From Chara braunii (taxonomy: Eukaryota; Plantae; Charophyceae), in NCBI GenBank assembly GCA_003427395.1, contig BFEA01000002.1, forward strand, positions 8,736,339-8,800,338: DNA of 64,000 nt. The letters run 5' to 3'. The notes under the pieces were generated by a model. The model was given only the letters and a program-made list of their open reading frames with translations, was not told where the DNA came from and did not search any database. The stretch's first letter is position 1. Each line of letters opens with the position of its first letter. Below, one piece after another: positions 39,221 to 52,788 of the stretch. A program made the position numbers and the translations under genes.

Positions 39221-40092
39221 GCATGGAACTTACAGCATACCCACTCCGTGCACGGTAATCAAGAGGGCGGCCAACCCAATCAAGAATTGTTTAACGTCGC
39301 AACATTGATGAAAAAAGAAAGGTGCGAACGCTGCGAAGCAATGGGTTTTTCAACTTTTTCTAATTTGTGTTGGACTTATCTACATGGGAGTGTTTTACAA
39401 CAAGATAACATGGTGCTGGTTGAAACAGGACTGAAAACTCCATTCATTTGTTTCAGACATGAACTGGAAGAAAAAAAGGAAAATTGGAGATGAATTCAAT
39501 TTTTTCAAGTTTTTGGAGTCACCGAGTGCTCAGCCTATAGACAAGACACAACCATTTTTACCGAAGCTTTTTCCCAGACATCTGCGATTCTCTTATCCGG
39601 CCATAGATCAGATGTGAAGTGTCTGGTGAGCCCACCACAGTCCAAGGTCAGGAAATCAATACTCTATCTACACGTTTGTTGGGTTGGTGAGATTGATTCC
39701 GGACAATGAAGAGTCAAAAGGGGCGAAGCAAAGCTGAGAAACAGCTTCCGAAGCCCACAAACAAGGCTGATGACAACTCAAGAATTATTTAAGATCACAG
39801 CACTGACAGCAGGATGATGAATCAAGAATTATTTAACGCCGCAGCAAGACGATGGATCACTCACGAATTATTTTGCGTCCTGCTGCTGCGGTGCTAAAGC
39901 TGAGTGTGTTCTGCACATGCATATGTGAACTAACCATACCCACATCACATCACATGCTTCAACTGATCCTCGGGACTTTTTCCGTACATTGCCATACTCT
40001 CACCAGATGGGCCATGACTGGGATGACTCTCAATGTAACATGCACTCGTACCTCACCAATGAGACAATCCTGAAGTAAAACGCTCTTCCTCA

Positions 40093-40311
<219 letters not shown>

Positions 40312-40909
40312 TCAGAGTGATAATCTTTAGACTGTTGGTTATCTACGCTGCCGCGCTTGGAGATGCAGTTTAGTAGTCTGTCCCCTTGTGTTGCCGTTTG
40401 ATGACCAGACATGCAGAGGAACTACCGGCATATCAATGCCGAGTACCGCCTAAAGCAACGTCAAGCCAAATGTGCTCCCACCACTTGCTGCATAACCCAG
40501 TATACTCATCCCATCCGCTCTCCGCCCAGCAGATGAGATAAACAGTCGGCAAGAAGTCAGCGCACTACCGGTCAACGTCACTGGAACCACGTGTCCTAGC
40601 CTTCAAGCTAGGAGGATGACGACCACAGATACCACTCAGATACAATTTGCAAGGAACCAGCCTGTGAGGACAGGAAAATTCTGACCAACACAAACTCCTT
40701 GAGCAGCACGCATGAGTTGACCAAACCGACAACAAAATTGACAAGGCCACTATCACACCAATGCAAGCAAAAAACAGAACACTGGTCTCTTGATAATGAA
40801 AGCCCTCTTCTCACCTCCAATCAATCAACACAACAACATAGTAGTCCTTAACGCAGGTATGCCAGCCTATGAGCTTCCTAGTCTAGCATATCATCTTCTA
40901 GCCACTGCT

Positions 40910-40947
<38 letters not shown>

Positions 40948-43554
40948 CATGCGGGCGCGCCAGTGACCACTAAGGAGTCTGACCTCACTGCAGCTCTCCC
41001 ACCTGCCACCAGCTAAGCATTTGCCAACCTCACAGCTCCCCTGCACCCAAGGATCTCCCCTTCACCTTGTCACCCTTCCCCCGGCACCTCTGCTTGTGCT
41101 GGCTTACTATGCAGAAGCTGCAAAGCACTCTTCCGCCTGCTAGCACTGCTGCAAGCCACGACCTGCCCAAATGATCGCCCTGCACCTGAGCTCTTGTGCT
41201 GGAAGCCAGGGTCTGCTCTTGCCCGTAAGGACCGCCTACCAACCCAATCCCTGCCAGGCGAGTTAGGACAGGGATTGGGCCAGGTAGGACAGTCCATCCG
41301 CACCCCGAGTTGGGGCCTACCGGGCTGGGCTATCCAGGAACACTGCCTACGGACCTCGCAATCGTGCTTCTGCTATCACATGAAGGGTGTGTGGGCTTGG
41401 GAAAGCTGTGAATTCGTGAAGCCGTGTGGTGTTATGGAGGATAGCAGTGTGATGTTCCTTTTGTCTGGCGTGGGTGTGGTGTGTGTGGGTGAATTTCTAT
41501 CAGTTCATCTTTTTCATACTTTCGGGCTGAGTTACCTGGACGTGCGGCCTGGGGGCCTCATAGCAGTGCTTCTGGTGTCACTTGCAGCAGTGATTCTGGT
41601 GTCACATGACGGGTGCGCGGTCTTGGGCAAGCTGTGGATTCGTAAAGCTGCATGGTGTTGTTGGATATAGCAGTGTGATATTCCTTCTGTCTGGTGTGGG
41701 TGTGGTGTCCGTGGGTGACTGTCCATCAATCCATGCTACAGTGTCAGTCAGTGTAAAACAAGCTACAGTGTGACTCCGCACATTCATCACATTCTACTTT
41801 TTTAGCACATGATGCAAACCCTTGCTTTTCAGCAGATTCCTTTTTTTTTCTGTTTTTTTTGGGCACTATTCTTTTTCCATATTCTGGAGCATCCTGTATA
41901 TATTGGAAAATGAATGATTTGAATTTTAAACACATGATCTGTTGTTAATCAATACAATTCAGTAGCTAGTAGCTACACATGTACCTTCAGCCACAAGGCA
42001 GGCACTGAATGATCAAAATCCACGTTTGGATACTGAGTCGTTACTGACCTTTTATGTACACATTTACTATGATTTACTATCATTTAAATAAACAAATGTA
42101 ATTCTCAACATAAAATATTATTGCGTATCGTATTATTGTCACATGGAAACGAAGACTGACAAGGGACACAAAATAAGAGGGGGATGCAACACAGTAATGT
42201 CAGTAGCAGACTCTCATAATCATTGACTCATCAGGAGGCCAAACATCATGGGCTTCATAGGTGTGGCAGAGAGGTGGGCAAGATTCCATCCAAAAGGGTG
42301 CATAGTGCAGGCTATAAAGGGGGCAGCAGTAGGTTGCAGTACAATATTGATGGCCATGTTAGGGGGTGTATCTGATGGGGGTGTTGGTTGCTGGAGGGCG
42401 AAGAAGAAAAAGGTGAGCAGCGGATGAGGGAGCAAGTGGGAGGAGGAGAGGACAAGCAGGAGGCTCTGGTCTATTTTTAGTACTTTTTTAACCCATTTTT
42501 CAAAAAGGATTAGAAACGTGGGAAAATGATACACATATTGTTTGTCATTTCCAGCATCACACTCCATGGCTGCCCCCTCTCTTCCTCCTCTGCCCATTCT
42601 TTAAAGGGAATGGCTACGCAGGACATTCACATGTAGATATATATTGATTGTCATTTCCAGCATCACACTCAATTGCTGCCTCCTCCTCTTGCTCTCCTAT
42701 CCCTTTTCGGTAATGACAATAAATAGCTGTAAGTAAGTGACATAGCTTAGTGATTCAATAGGTGCCAGTGGAGCTGAGATTCACTGGTTGTTGCAAAAGT
42801 TGGAACAAAACTTGCAGGAGTCAATTTGATTATCCAAGTGAATGAGTCGGAATAACATAACTGGTACCACAGTACATCTTTATAGTCTACCCTTTCTCAG
42901 AAATAGGCTGAACATTCCCAGCAGAACAGACATAATGAACAATTGCATGTCAGGGATGCACAACTGTCCTTGAGTGAAATCTCACCTCTGCGTCCTGAGA
43001 AATCACAGAGCAGGTGTGTAGCCGTCGGGGTAAGAGGGCGCATGACACACAGCACAAGAGAAGATATGACGTTTGGCAGCAGCATGAAGTACGCCCACAT
43101 GAAGCCGACAGGAGTACGAAATTTTGGGCAATTCGATAAAATAAAAGGTGGGCATTGGAAATAGGCACAAGAAAACAAACACACATAACAAGTACTGGTG
43201 AGAGAGATGAAAAAGCTACGGTGACAACATGCACATTGCAAATATATTGTTACATATATCAACTAAACGGAGCGCACAATGACAAAAACCGATAAAATAG
43301 CAGACAAGTTACAACATCATTTGGGTAAGAGTTCATCAGCTCATAGCTGCCAACTATCTCGCAGCTTCTGCTATCAACAACCTACTAGAGCTGCTGGCAT
43401 GAGGCTCCTTCCCATCTTCTCATTCTCCCATCATTCCTTTTCTCCCACCCCTTCCTCATGCCCTTCTTCTCCCCCCGTCATCATCTTCTCCCCGACCTCA
43501 TCATTCCCTTCTTCTCCCCTTCCTCCTCATTCCCTACTGTCATGCCATTATTAA

Positions 43555-43938
43555 CCAATTGGGCCATTGGACATTTAACTCTGACATTCCTGGCCGCAAG
43601 TTTTTTTTAAACCGAAAACGTCAGGGCTTACCATGTTCCCGCCAGTAGGACCTGACAATTTCGGTTCAAAATATGCTGAAATTGAGGCTCGTAACGCCGA
43701 AGTTAAAAGCCCAAAGGAATATTCAATATCGTAGTCCTGATAATTGTACGTGTCCTTTTCATCCGGATTACCATCACCGCTGTCTTCATGGGTGGTACTG
43801 TCCTACAACTTTCTAGTGCTGCTATTTACAATCATCGTTGATGTTGGCACTGACATCAATAATCGCCGGGTGCCACAAATGGGCAGGTTTTAAAGGACCA
43901 CTGAGAGGTCCATACGATCACCACAGGGGGCAATTTGG
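43555..43938. mobile_element. Possible piggyBac-like non-autonomous element
   Basis: TTAA|ccaattgggcc ... ggcaatttgg|TTAT, imperfect TIRs; single copy. Confidence 0.35.
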
Positions 43939-44029
43939 TTATTATTTGGAAGTCTTTAATTTAATTTGAATTTTGAATTCAATAGATTCCGCGACTGTAT
44001 ATATTACATCTGGAAAACGGCTAGAGGTG

Positions 44030-44077
44030 TGTCTGCCTTCCAAGCAGGGGACAGGGTTTCGATTCCCGTTATCCGCA
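44030..44077 (+). pseudogene. trnG: 3' half of an organellar-type tRNA-Gly(UCC)
   Basis: Anticodon arm tctgc-cttccaa-gcagg, T arm ...ttcgattccc, acceptor 3' strand tatccgca; 5' half not recognisable; AT-rich flanks. Confidence 0.6.
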
Positions 44078-44199
44078 ATTGCGATTTGATGAAAAAAAAG
44101 TTAAAAAAAACTGAAATAAATAAAATGCGCGAATCAAAATTTGAAACTTGTCGACAAATCTTGTGAAATGTTCAATGGCTAAGGATTCAAAAAACATTT

Positions 44200-46450
44200 T
44201 CAACTCGTTCCCGAAGATCGTCGGCGAAAGGGTAGACTCAACATCGAAAAAGCTAGCAACCAAAAGAAAAGAAAGCGGGGAAATGTTCAACGGGCCACTA
44301 GAGATAGCAGAATTCCACCTTCAACATGGCCTACACTCGGAGATGTTTGCAGAACTTCTTGCCGAGGCCAAAGAAGAACTGGCAGGCGGGAACAGACTGC
44401 TATTACTAGGACTGCAAACAAGGGCTCGAGTTGAGGGCTGGGAAAGTGAGAAAATGCCCACGCGCTATAGAAACACGAGGAAAAAAAAGCTTGCTAGGCA
44501 AGGACACTGGGTAACATCAGAAATCACAAGATTGCTAGGCATCACCACCCATTATTTTCGGGATGTCTACACAGTAAGACACTAGCAGGACCATCGCACG
44601 AAGTCCACAGGGCAAGATAAAAGTAACTCTCTCACATCAGACAGATCCCTATCAACAGAGGTAGCAAATAAACTGGAAGGGAAGTAGTACATTGGGAGGA
44701 TTACACCAAAGCTTCCATCGCCATGAAACCGAATGGACCCCTGGGAAGAAAGACTCGGGCCTGAACTGAGCATGGGGTAGCTCCTTTTGCACAAAGTACA
44801 CAAAACAATGCAACAACATGATTGAAGGCCTGAGCAACCCAACAGATCCGGTGACAATCAAAGACTGAGGAAACCGATCTAGTCAAAACCACTAGGTCAT
44901 TCTATGCCAACTTCTACGAGGGTGTTCCCCCCCCCCCCCTGCCACAAAATATATCGGCAGATTCGCCATACCATAGAATGATGGACTATCTCCCAAGAGC
45001 AAGCTGAGACCCTCGATAAATTAATCACTATGAGAAAGCTTCGCAATACCTTGGCGAATGGGAAACGGAAAAGCCCCTGGATTTGGCCAATCGTGGGCGA
45101 AAACCTTCTCAACTTCTTCAACGACATCTGGGAAAATTGGGGTCTTGGCAATTCTCGGAGCACAAATGTGGTCCCTCTCCACCCAAGAAAGGGCAGAAAG
45201 AAGATCGAAAAAAATCAGAGCAATATTCCTACTCAGAAAGAGCCCCTTGTAAAATTCTAACAAAATCAGTAACAAAAACGATAAATGGTTTCACATTGAC
45301 CAGGCATTTGCATTCATTAAAATGAATCATTATCATTTTATCACCAAGCAGTCTGGAATAGCATTCGTGACAATTCCTTCAAGGCATTTTTTCATTTTTT
45401 AATAGCGTGACACCTTGCAAATAAATTGTGGTGTACATGAAAATGCGCTTCCAAGCAGTTCCCAAAGTATTGAAAATGCGCCTGTACATGAAAAATGTGC
45501 TTCCAATTGGTTAAAAAAACTCCAATCCATTCGTGATTTATATAACTTCGACATGTTTCCTTTTCCATTTTCTGAATTATCTGATTGTTTAGTGCATTAG
45601 CATTTACGTCAAATTTTATGACGATTTGAATGAATTATACTCGACACTTGATAAAATTACAAGCTCGTCGAAAATAAAGAAGTGTTCTTTCCAAATCAAT
45701 AATGGGCCGAGTTCGGGTAAATTGGATCCTTTCGCATACCAACTCAACAACATGGCCAGGCTGTCAAGGTGACTACCTGCCCCCCCCATTTTTCTGTTCG
45801 TTATGGAAGCCATGGCGTCGTTCGGGTAATCACCTATCAACCAAGCACAGTATTTCCCTTCATAATTTTGCTCTCCCCACAATATTTATGTTCCCCCGGC
45901 AACCTGACAATCTTAATTCATGCTAATAATTCACCCTTTCAGGCCTTGGTAAGGGCAATGGAAGCCTGCAGACTTGCATCTGAGATGAAACGTGAAAGTC
46001 AATTGGTGCAAAACCAAAGGCTGGTGGCTTGCGGACAACATTCTTCCGCAACCCACAGGTTTACCACCGCTCTAATCCTGCTCCACCAAAGAGCAGGCAC
46101 TTCGGTACCTGAGCATCATGGCACATGGCCAGGGATGGGACAAATCTGATCACCCAAGCGATATCACACCTGGCCCTGTGCAATAAAGCACAGGCCTCTC
46201 TAACGGGTAAGGCTCTGATCATCAACACCGCAGCATATTTCACACTGGTACCTAGCATCTATTTGGTTCCCCACTGACAACGATCTCAAACAATTGAAAG
46301 CCCGGGTCTGGTTTCTAGCTTCCTCTGGACAGGCAACCCTGACTCCAGCTATATCCAAACCCATCCCATACAGAGCTTATGACTGCCTAACAACTATGAA
46401 TCTTTGTGCAATAAAGAGGAAGAGCTCAAACAATCATTATTCTGCAATCC
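44200..46450 (+). mobile_element. Degenerate L1/Tx1-like LINE ORF2 remnant with an AT-rich insertion at ~45290-45935
   Basis: Pre-RT motifs ITMRKLRNTLANGKRKSP and WPIVGENLLNFFNDIW; boundaries approximate. Confidence 0.55.
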
Positions 46451-46883
46451 TTGCTTAGGCCACTAGAGCAACAGATGAATAGTAACTTTGGCCCCAAAAT
46501 AGAGTACTGCCCGTGGACCATTTGGTGCAAGGCCACTAGAGCAACAGATGAATAGACGCTTTGGCCCCAAAATATATGCGGGAGGACCGAACTTTTCAAT
46601 ATTAAAGAGAACAGTACCTATATCATGTTGATTTTTCCAATGTCGGTACCAGTCACTTTTAGGCTCGGCAAAATGCATATTTTGGTTTGTCAATTTAGCT
46701 TCGGATGGACTGGTGGTTTAATAGACAACACCAGCCTCTTGTGAACTCTTACTTCCAAAGGTAAAAGGGAATCTAAAAGGTACAACATTTATGGTCCAAC
46801 GATCTAAAAGATTGGCGGACGGAACAGGACACACAGAATATAGTTGTTTTTTAGAGAACTATCCCCTGGTCATGGGTCAAATT

Positions 46884-47033
46884 ACCACCAGTACTTGGCC
46901 CAACTATCGGCCGCGGAAAAAAATAGAGTAGAAAAGTTTCTAGTCGGATGAATTTGGGCGCTCTTGTAGCAGCCCGTACGTTTCCTAAAATCCTGGTGCG
47001 TTAACGGGCACGACTCTAGGAAGTACTGGTGGT
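46884..47033. mobile_element. TTAA-type MITE, copy 3 (flanks degenerate)
   Basis: Near-identical to 5771-5920. Confidence 0.9.
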
Positions 47034-47373
47034 TTACAAGAGAGTACACATGGAAAGCAGGGGACCCCGGCCTCCTGATTGCACAATTAAGGCCAGTTGG
47101 GGCCTACCGCTTCAAAAAGTGGATGGACACCAAAAACTACAGGTTTAGGTTTTTTCCCTTCCCTGTTTCAAATTATCCTCAATATGAATCTAGAAATAGT
47201 AACCCTAGATTCTTTGTCTTGTCTCAAGTCCTAGGTAGTACTTAACCTTGATATCCATATTTATGAGCTCAAATTCGACCCAAACGAATGGCTACGGGCC
47301 TAAATGACAACAAGAAGACCTTACCCCTCTCGGCATATGACATCAAGTTCAGCTAGGCACTCTGTCTCAACAA

Positions 47374-48438
47374 TCACGACCATAAGTACAAGATTCGAGT
47401 GCGACCGAACTCGCATTTCTCTGCGTTTATCTTATACTTGTGTTTCCAAAGGAGTGAAAGTACTTTGTCTACATGCTCAGCATGCTCCTCGACAGTTCTA
47501 CTAAAGATAAGTATGTCGTCGAGAAACACGACAACGAACTTATCTAAGTAGTCATGGAAGATCCTATTCATGGCGTGCTGGAATGTACCTGGCGCATTGC
47601 AAAGGCCAAAGGGCATCACCACAAACTCGTACAGACCGTACCTGCTCTGGAATGCAGTTTTGTGTCGGTCCTCTGGTCTTATGGCAATCTGATGGTAGCC
47701 GGATTTTAAGTCTATCTTGGTATAGTACTTACACCCCTGCACCCTATCCAATAGGTCGTCGATGCGTGGTAGAGGCTTTGCGTTCTTAACGGTGATGGCA
47801 TTGAGGCCTCTATAATCAATGCACATCCTTAGTGTTCCCCCTTTCTTTGAAACAAATAAAACTGGTGAGCCAAAGGGGGAGGTGCTAGGCCGAATCCGCC
47901 CCTTCTTTGTGAGCTCTTTCAGTTGTCGCCGAAACTCGTCCAACTCGATCGGAGCCATCCTATAGATTCTTCCCTTAGGTGTCTTGCTACTTGGGATGAT
48001 CTCTATGGCATGGACAACCTCCCTGTCTACGACTCTTGTCGGCTCCTCAAACAGATCAGGGTACTTAGCGACGATGGTTTTTATCTCTGGGGGTGTTTTA
48101 TCGGCCTCCGCTTTTGCAGAGACATAGACTAAGTACATTCCTTCCTCTTGGTTCTGTTTATAATAGTTATAGAAGGCAAACACGCTTAAGCACCCATAGG
48201 AGTCTATTAACCTACTGGCTTTATACTTAGCCAATCTAACGGTTCTCCCATTAGGCAACTCGTGCTTCAACACCTTGTCCCAGTCAAACTGGGGCTTGGC
48301 AACCTCGAGGTAGTACATGCCCAACAACATGTCAAAGGGCAAATCGTTGCTCACCAGGAATGATATCTTATGGATTATCTCTCCTCCTGGGTAAGAGAAA
48401 GTGCAGACTACATCTTTAATGTAGTCCTCCACCAACAT
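47374..48438 (-). CDS. Gypsy protease C-terminus plus reverse transcriptase (truncated)
   Basis: LRMCIDYRGLN, KIDLKSGYHQ, VMPFGLCNAPGTFQ, FLDDILIFS. Confidence 0.9.
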   Translation of the reverse strand: MLVEDYIKDVVCTFSYPGGEIIHKISFLVSNDLPFDMLLGMYYLEVAKPQFDWDKVLKHELPNGRTVRLAKYKASRLIDSYGCLSVFAFYNYYKQNQEEGMYLVYVSAKAEADKTPPEIKTIVAKYPDLFEEPTRVVDREVVHAIEIIPSSKTPKGRIYRMAPIELDEFRRQLKELTKKGRIRPSTSPFGSPVLFVSKKGGTLRMCIDYRGLNAITVKNAKPLPRIDDLLDRVQGCKYYTKIDLKSGYHQIAIRPEDRHKTAFQSRYGLYEFVVMPFGLCNAPGTFQHAMNRIFHDYLDKFVVVFLDDILIFSRTVEEHAEHVDKVLSLLWKHKYKINAEKCEFGRTRILYLWS

Positions 48439-49038
48439 GCGCTCTTTGTTGGCTAAAGTAGAAGCTGCACTCAGTCCTTTAGGCGCAGTCTATCAACACA
48501 GTCGCAACTTATCAAGTTTCGCGTGCAGCCAATGTCTACGAAGGCGCCACACTTGCGACCACCCACACCAACTTCCACAACGAAGTGCTCCCCTCTAGGA
48601 CCTCTACTCAGTGCCACCAATGACTCATGAGGATCCCTTGCCGACCACTCACTTGAAGGTCCTCTAAGGCTTCAGACACATCCAACGTACAGAGTATAGT
48701 TGGGTCTGGATGCGTCTGCGGGGTGACTAAGGAGTCAATAGCTTCGGCCAACTCTTGAAACGGGGAGGGTATATCACCCGCTTCAACGAGAGTAGAAGCA
48801 GCTACAACTTCTACCGGCCCTAAGTGTTTCCCGAGCTGGAGCTCGTAGAGGCCCCAGACTGAAAAGAAGGATACCCACCCTTAGGAGGGATCTTCTGCCA
48901 GACCTTTCGAGTTCCTGCACTTAAACTGCATATGGCCATACTCGCCGCAGCACCACGTGACCAATGGTCCCGCCACACTTCTTGATCCAAGCCTGCTCTA
49001 ACCCAAGCAGCTATTTTGTTTGGGTTAGCGGCTTGCCC

Positions 49039-49935
49039 CTAACTCCTTTGTTGACCGCCCTTGCCGTGGCCAGCAACCTTAGTCTTAACTACTGTGGCGA
49101 GGTTGCTACCCTCAGCACTCGGCTCGCCGTCTAACTCTGATCCCTCCACAAGTTCAGAAACATCATCAATCTCAGTTTGATTCCCATTGGAATCAACCAT
49201 CATCAATCGTGGAGTCTTCTTCTTTCTTCCGATTGTAGTGGGGGTTTGAGTACCACCCATCGTAGCCTCTAAGTTTAGGACCTTCTTGTTGAATGTCTCA
49301 AAAGTGTGATACTCTCTACGAGCCTCACTGGCTAATAAGTTCCTGATGTTTGTGGGAAGCCATCTCAAGAACATGGTCAACAAGACCTGTGGATTGTAGT
49401 CCACTCCCGATACGACAATCAACCGCTCTACGGTTGTGGTCAGCTCTCTCATGGACTTGTACTTCCTAGAGTCAAGTTTCAATAGCCCATCAGTGGCAAT
49501 CTGTGCCTGCTGAGGGTTCTGCCATCGAGCCTCCACTAAATCCATAAAGCTTTCTAGGGTGTGGGTCTGTGCCCAACCTCCCATATTCTGACCGAATCCT
49601 TTTGAAGCCACTAATCCATTTAGCCAACGAGTTGCTGAACCCTCTAAGTAGGATGCAGCAGTAATCACTTCCTCCTCTACCAATGTTCTCTTTGCCCTCA
49701 CCCACACTGGCACCGTTCTGAACCACGTGTCCAGAGCCTCATCCTTCTTGTCTCCTGAGAAGGTTGGAGGTGGTTTTAGGGGGGGGTTGGGGTACCAAGT
49801 TAATTGTTGTCCCGCGCGGGACAGGTGGCAACTGTGGTGTAGCTCCAGTCGTTGGACCAAAAGATGAAGAAGCAACAGTCTGTGATAGAGCTGCTGCTGA
49901 TGTACCGCTTGGTTGCTGTCCAGACTGAGCGGCAT
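49039..49935 (-). CDS. Gypsy gag capsid region
   Basis: PPTFSGDK...W...ASYLEGSATRW, retrotransposon gag pattern. Confidence 0.75.
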   Translation of the reverse strand: MPLSLDSNQAVHQQQLYHRLLLLHLLVQRLELHHSCHLSRAGQQLTWYPNPPLKPPPTFSGDKKDEALDTWFRTVPVWVRAKRTLVEEEVITAASYLEGSATRWLNGLVASKGFGQNMGGWAQTHTLESFMDLVEARWQNPQQAQIATDGLLKLDSRKYKSMRELTTTVERLIVVSGVDYNPQVLLTMFLRWLPTNIRNLLASEARREYHTFETFNKKVLNLEATMGGTQTPTTIGRKKKTPRLMMVDSNGNQTEIDDVSELVEGSELDGEPSAEGSNLATVVKTKVAGHGKGGQQRS

Positions 49936-52716
49936 AGAGACCTGTCATCGCTGATAATGGAAGCGATGACAAAGCTGTTGTCCAGATCCCCGATCTTTGT
50001 AGGGCCTACAGAATCTGGTCCAGGGTATCCCGCATGGCGTCCATTTTGCTCTCCATGTACGCCTGCATGGACAGGACGCTCGCCTTCAGAATCTTTCTTG
50101 TAGAGTTAAGGGCCGCGTCATCTAAACCCTCTAGTGCAGCTAGGTCTGCCTCCCTACTCTCTAGTCTGGCTCTTCCCTCTCTATTTTTTTTTCTTTCTTA
50201 GTAGCCTGTTTGAGTTCCTCCTCTAACCTCAGGCGGATCCTCTCTACCTGTTGGAGCTCCATCTGCTCCCTTATAAGATGAGGTGGCAGGCTGGAATGCA
50301 CACCCGCCATCTGACTAGCGTCGGCACCTGGCGTGTTGGAGACTGACTGCGAGCTGGTCGAGTTGGACGGCATGCCCTGACCAGAGGTTGATGCAGACAA
50401 TGCTGAAGAGGTAGCCATTGCTACCATGCTAGTTGCTGCTGCTTCCCTTGTAGCCTCAAGACTACAGGCCCTAGCTTCGGCCCTTCGTCTTCTCTCTTCT
50501 CCCGATTGTAGGGCCTGGAACACTCTAGGGATTCTAAGCGATGATTAACCTCCTAGCGTCAGTTGTATCTTCATCCCCGGCTGATCCACTCATCGGCTAG
50601 GCAGACGTTGTCTGCACTAGAGTCCTCTCTGGGACATACCGCAGCATACGTCTGACCGGTTCTAAAAATAAATTAAATAAAAATAATGCCTGGTGAGTTA
50701 TCGAGACTACCAGTCAAGCGGCATCAACAACACCTACACAAGTTACCGCAACATACGTCTGACCGGTTCTAAAAATAAATAAAATAAAAATAATGCCCGG
50801 CGAGTTACCGAGACTACCAGTCAAGCGACATCAACAACACCTACACAAGTTGTACACATAGTCTAAATCTATCCTGATTAGTTCTGCACAAAAGCTTTGA
50901 GAAGAACTGACTATGGTAGATTACAGCCCTACTCGGTCTGTCTGTTAGGTGTCAGCAGTCTATCAACCAACTAATCAAAATAAAAATAGACTACAACGAG
51001 CAGATGTATGCACAATGGATATGATAGCGATGCACAGTAGAGTTCACAATTGGAATCCCCTTCCCCCGCATCCAACGTACTTGTGAGCATCATCAAGCGG
51101 CAGTGTCTAAGGTGTGCAACCACGGCCCACCCCTGTGCCCAAGAAGTATGCTTATGACCAGTCCTGCCCTTTGTTTACCCTTGCGTGCAACGAGCCTTAC
51201 GTCTGACTGATCTGGCTGATCAAGAGGCAATTTAAGGACAACCCCCGAGAGTCCTCAGGAATTCTTTAACGTCGCAATCAGGACAACGATCACAGCCAGT
51301 GGACAGTTCAGACCCCAACCAAAAATGCTTATAGACGGTCTGGGAGCGTCTACGTAGGACTGGTCAGTCTGCACACCCCTTCTATCAGCGCAGCAAAGAG
51401 ACTCAATGGACAAAGCAGCATGGCCTACGTGTACTACTACCCATGGGTTGGCATGGTGACCGTGACCCGTGCTTCGACCAGGGCCCTTCAGAGGCACCGC
51501 CCTCTCCTGCCAGATGCACCACCGGGAAGAATGTTGTCTCTCAAGGTAGAGCGCACACGACTCCTCACCAAAGAGAGGACACTCAAGTTGGACTCACTTC
51601 CTCACGGTAAGAAGAGATTGAGAGGGTAGATAAGGAATGGGAACAACGTACCAGGAGATACCTGCCCCCAACCACAAATTTCTCACCAATTGGGCTGACG
51701 TGCAGTTCGATGACCGGTCAATAGCCTCGGTACCACCCACAACACAATGAAGTGCCACCTCAGCCAAAATGCCACGTCAGCATACTCTCATCATCATACA
51801 TACATCTGCTGTCGCCACAGCCTTCCAGCGGCCGGCCCCTCTACCTGGGCCCCACTCAATCAAACCAGCGCCAAAGTATCCTTACGACACATGAATCATC
51901 TTCAGCACACCAGGTAACAATGTCGCCAATGTCAGGTAAGCGTTGATCACGAACCAACTCTGACACCAAATGCAAGGAATATGAGTATGAACGATATACA
52001 GAAAACCAAGTTGCGAAATCACACAAATGTCCAAGTAGTCGTGTCCAAGCAGAGAGTACAAATGCACCGAGAAAACCATCCATTTCTGGTAGGATAGTCG
52101 GCGCCCAGCCTACTCTACCCGACTATCCTACCAGAACGCCTGGCCTGGGCTGCCTCACTTCTTTTATCGAAGTGGCAGCCTCCTGGATGCTGCGTGTGGC
52201 CTGGCTGGAAGCTTCCAGTAGCTCCCAGTTGGGCCTCAGACCTTGCGCCCAGGCCCGAGACTACAGTTGAGGGTCTGGGCCCTTTTCAGTTGGGCATGGA
52301 CTGAGTCTCCGAACTTGGGCTGTTTGCTGCATCTGTGCAGGGCTCCCAGGCAGGTGCCTAGGCAGTACTGCTTTTCCAAAGGCGGGCGGCCGGCTTCCCC
52401 AATGTATTGGCCCTGCTTTGTGTGTACGTGCCCAGGTGCAACTGTCAAGGCCTGGGACAACTGTATGACGCAACTTAGTGAGGCTCACCCGTCTATCCAA
52501 CCAACTGGGGTGCTGCGAGAGCCTGAATACCCACATATGGAAATGTCGAATTTTGGCCTCTGACGAATATTCAGGCCCGCCTTCACTTAGGGCGGGCACT
52601 CGGCTTGTTGGGGGCCTTAGCCTAGAACATGTGATGTTTGATAGGGCCCCTTGAGGGCTTGTTCCTCACATTGATATTCAAAGACAAAAAAAAGTGTGTG
52701 TGTGTGTGTTTGCACC

Positions 52717-52775
<59 letters not shown>

Positions 52776-52788
52776 ATCTTCTGTGATT

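Larger units (their letters stand above)
47330..52670 (-). mobile_element. 3'-truncated Ty3/Gypsy element: 5' LTR ~51971-52670, PBS, gag, protease, RT
   Basis: PBS tggtgtcagag (51958-51968, tRNA-iMet-like); gag 49039-49935; knuckle CGEYGHMQFKC ~48915-48955; protease VDIG ~48530; RT ORF 47374-48438. Confidence 0.85.
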
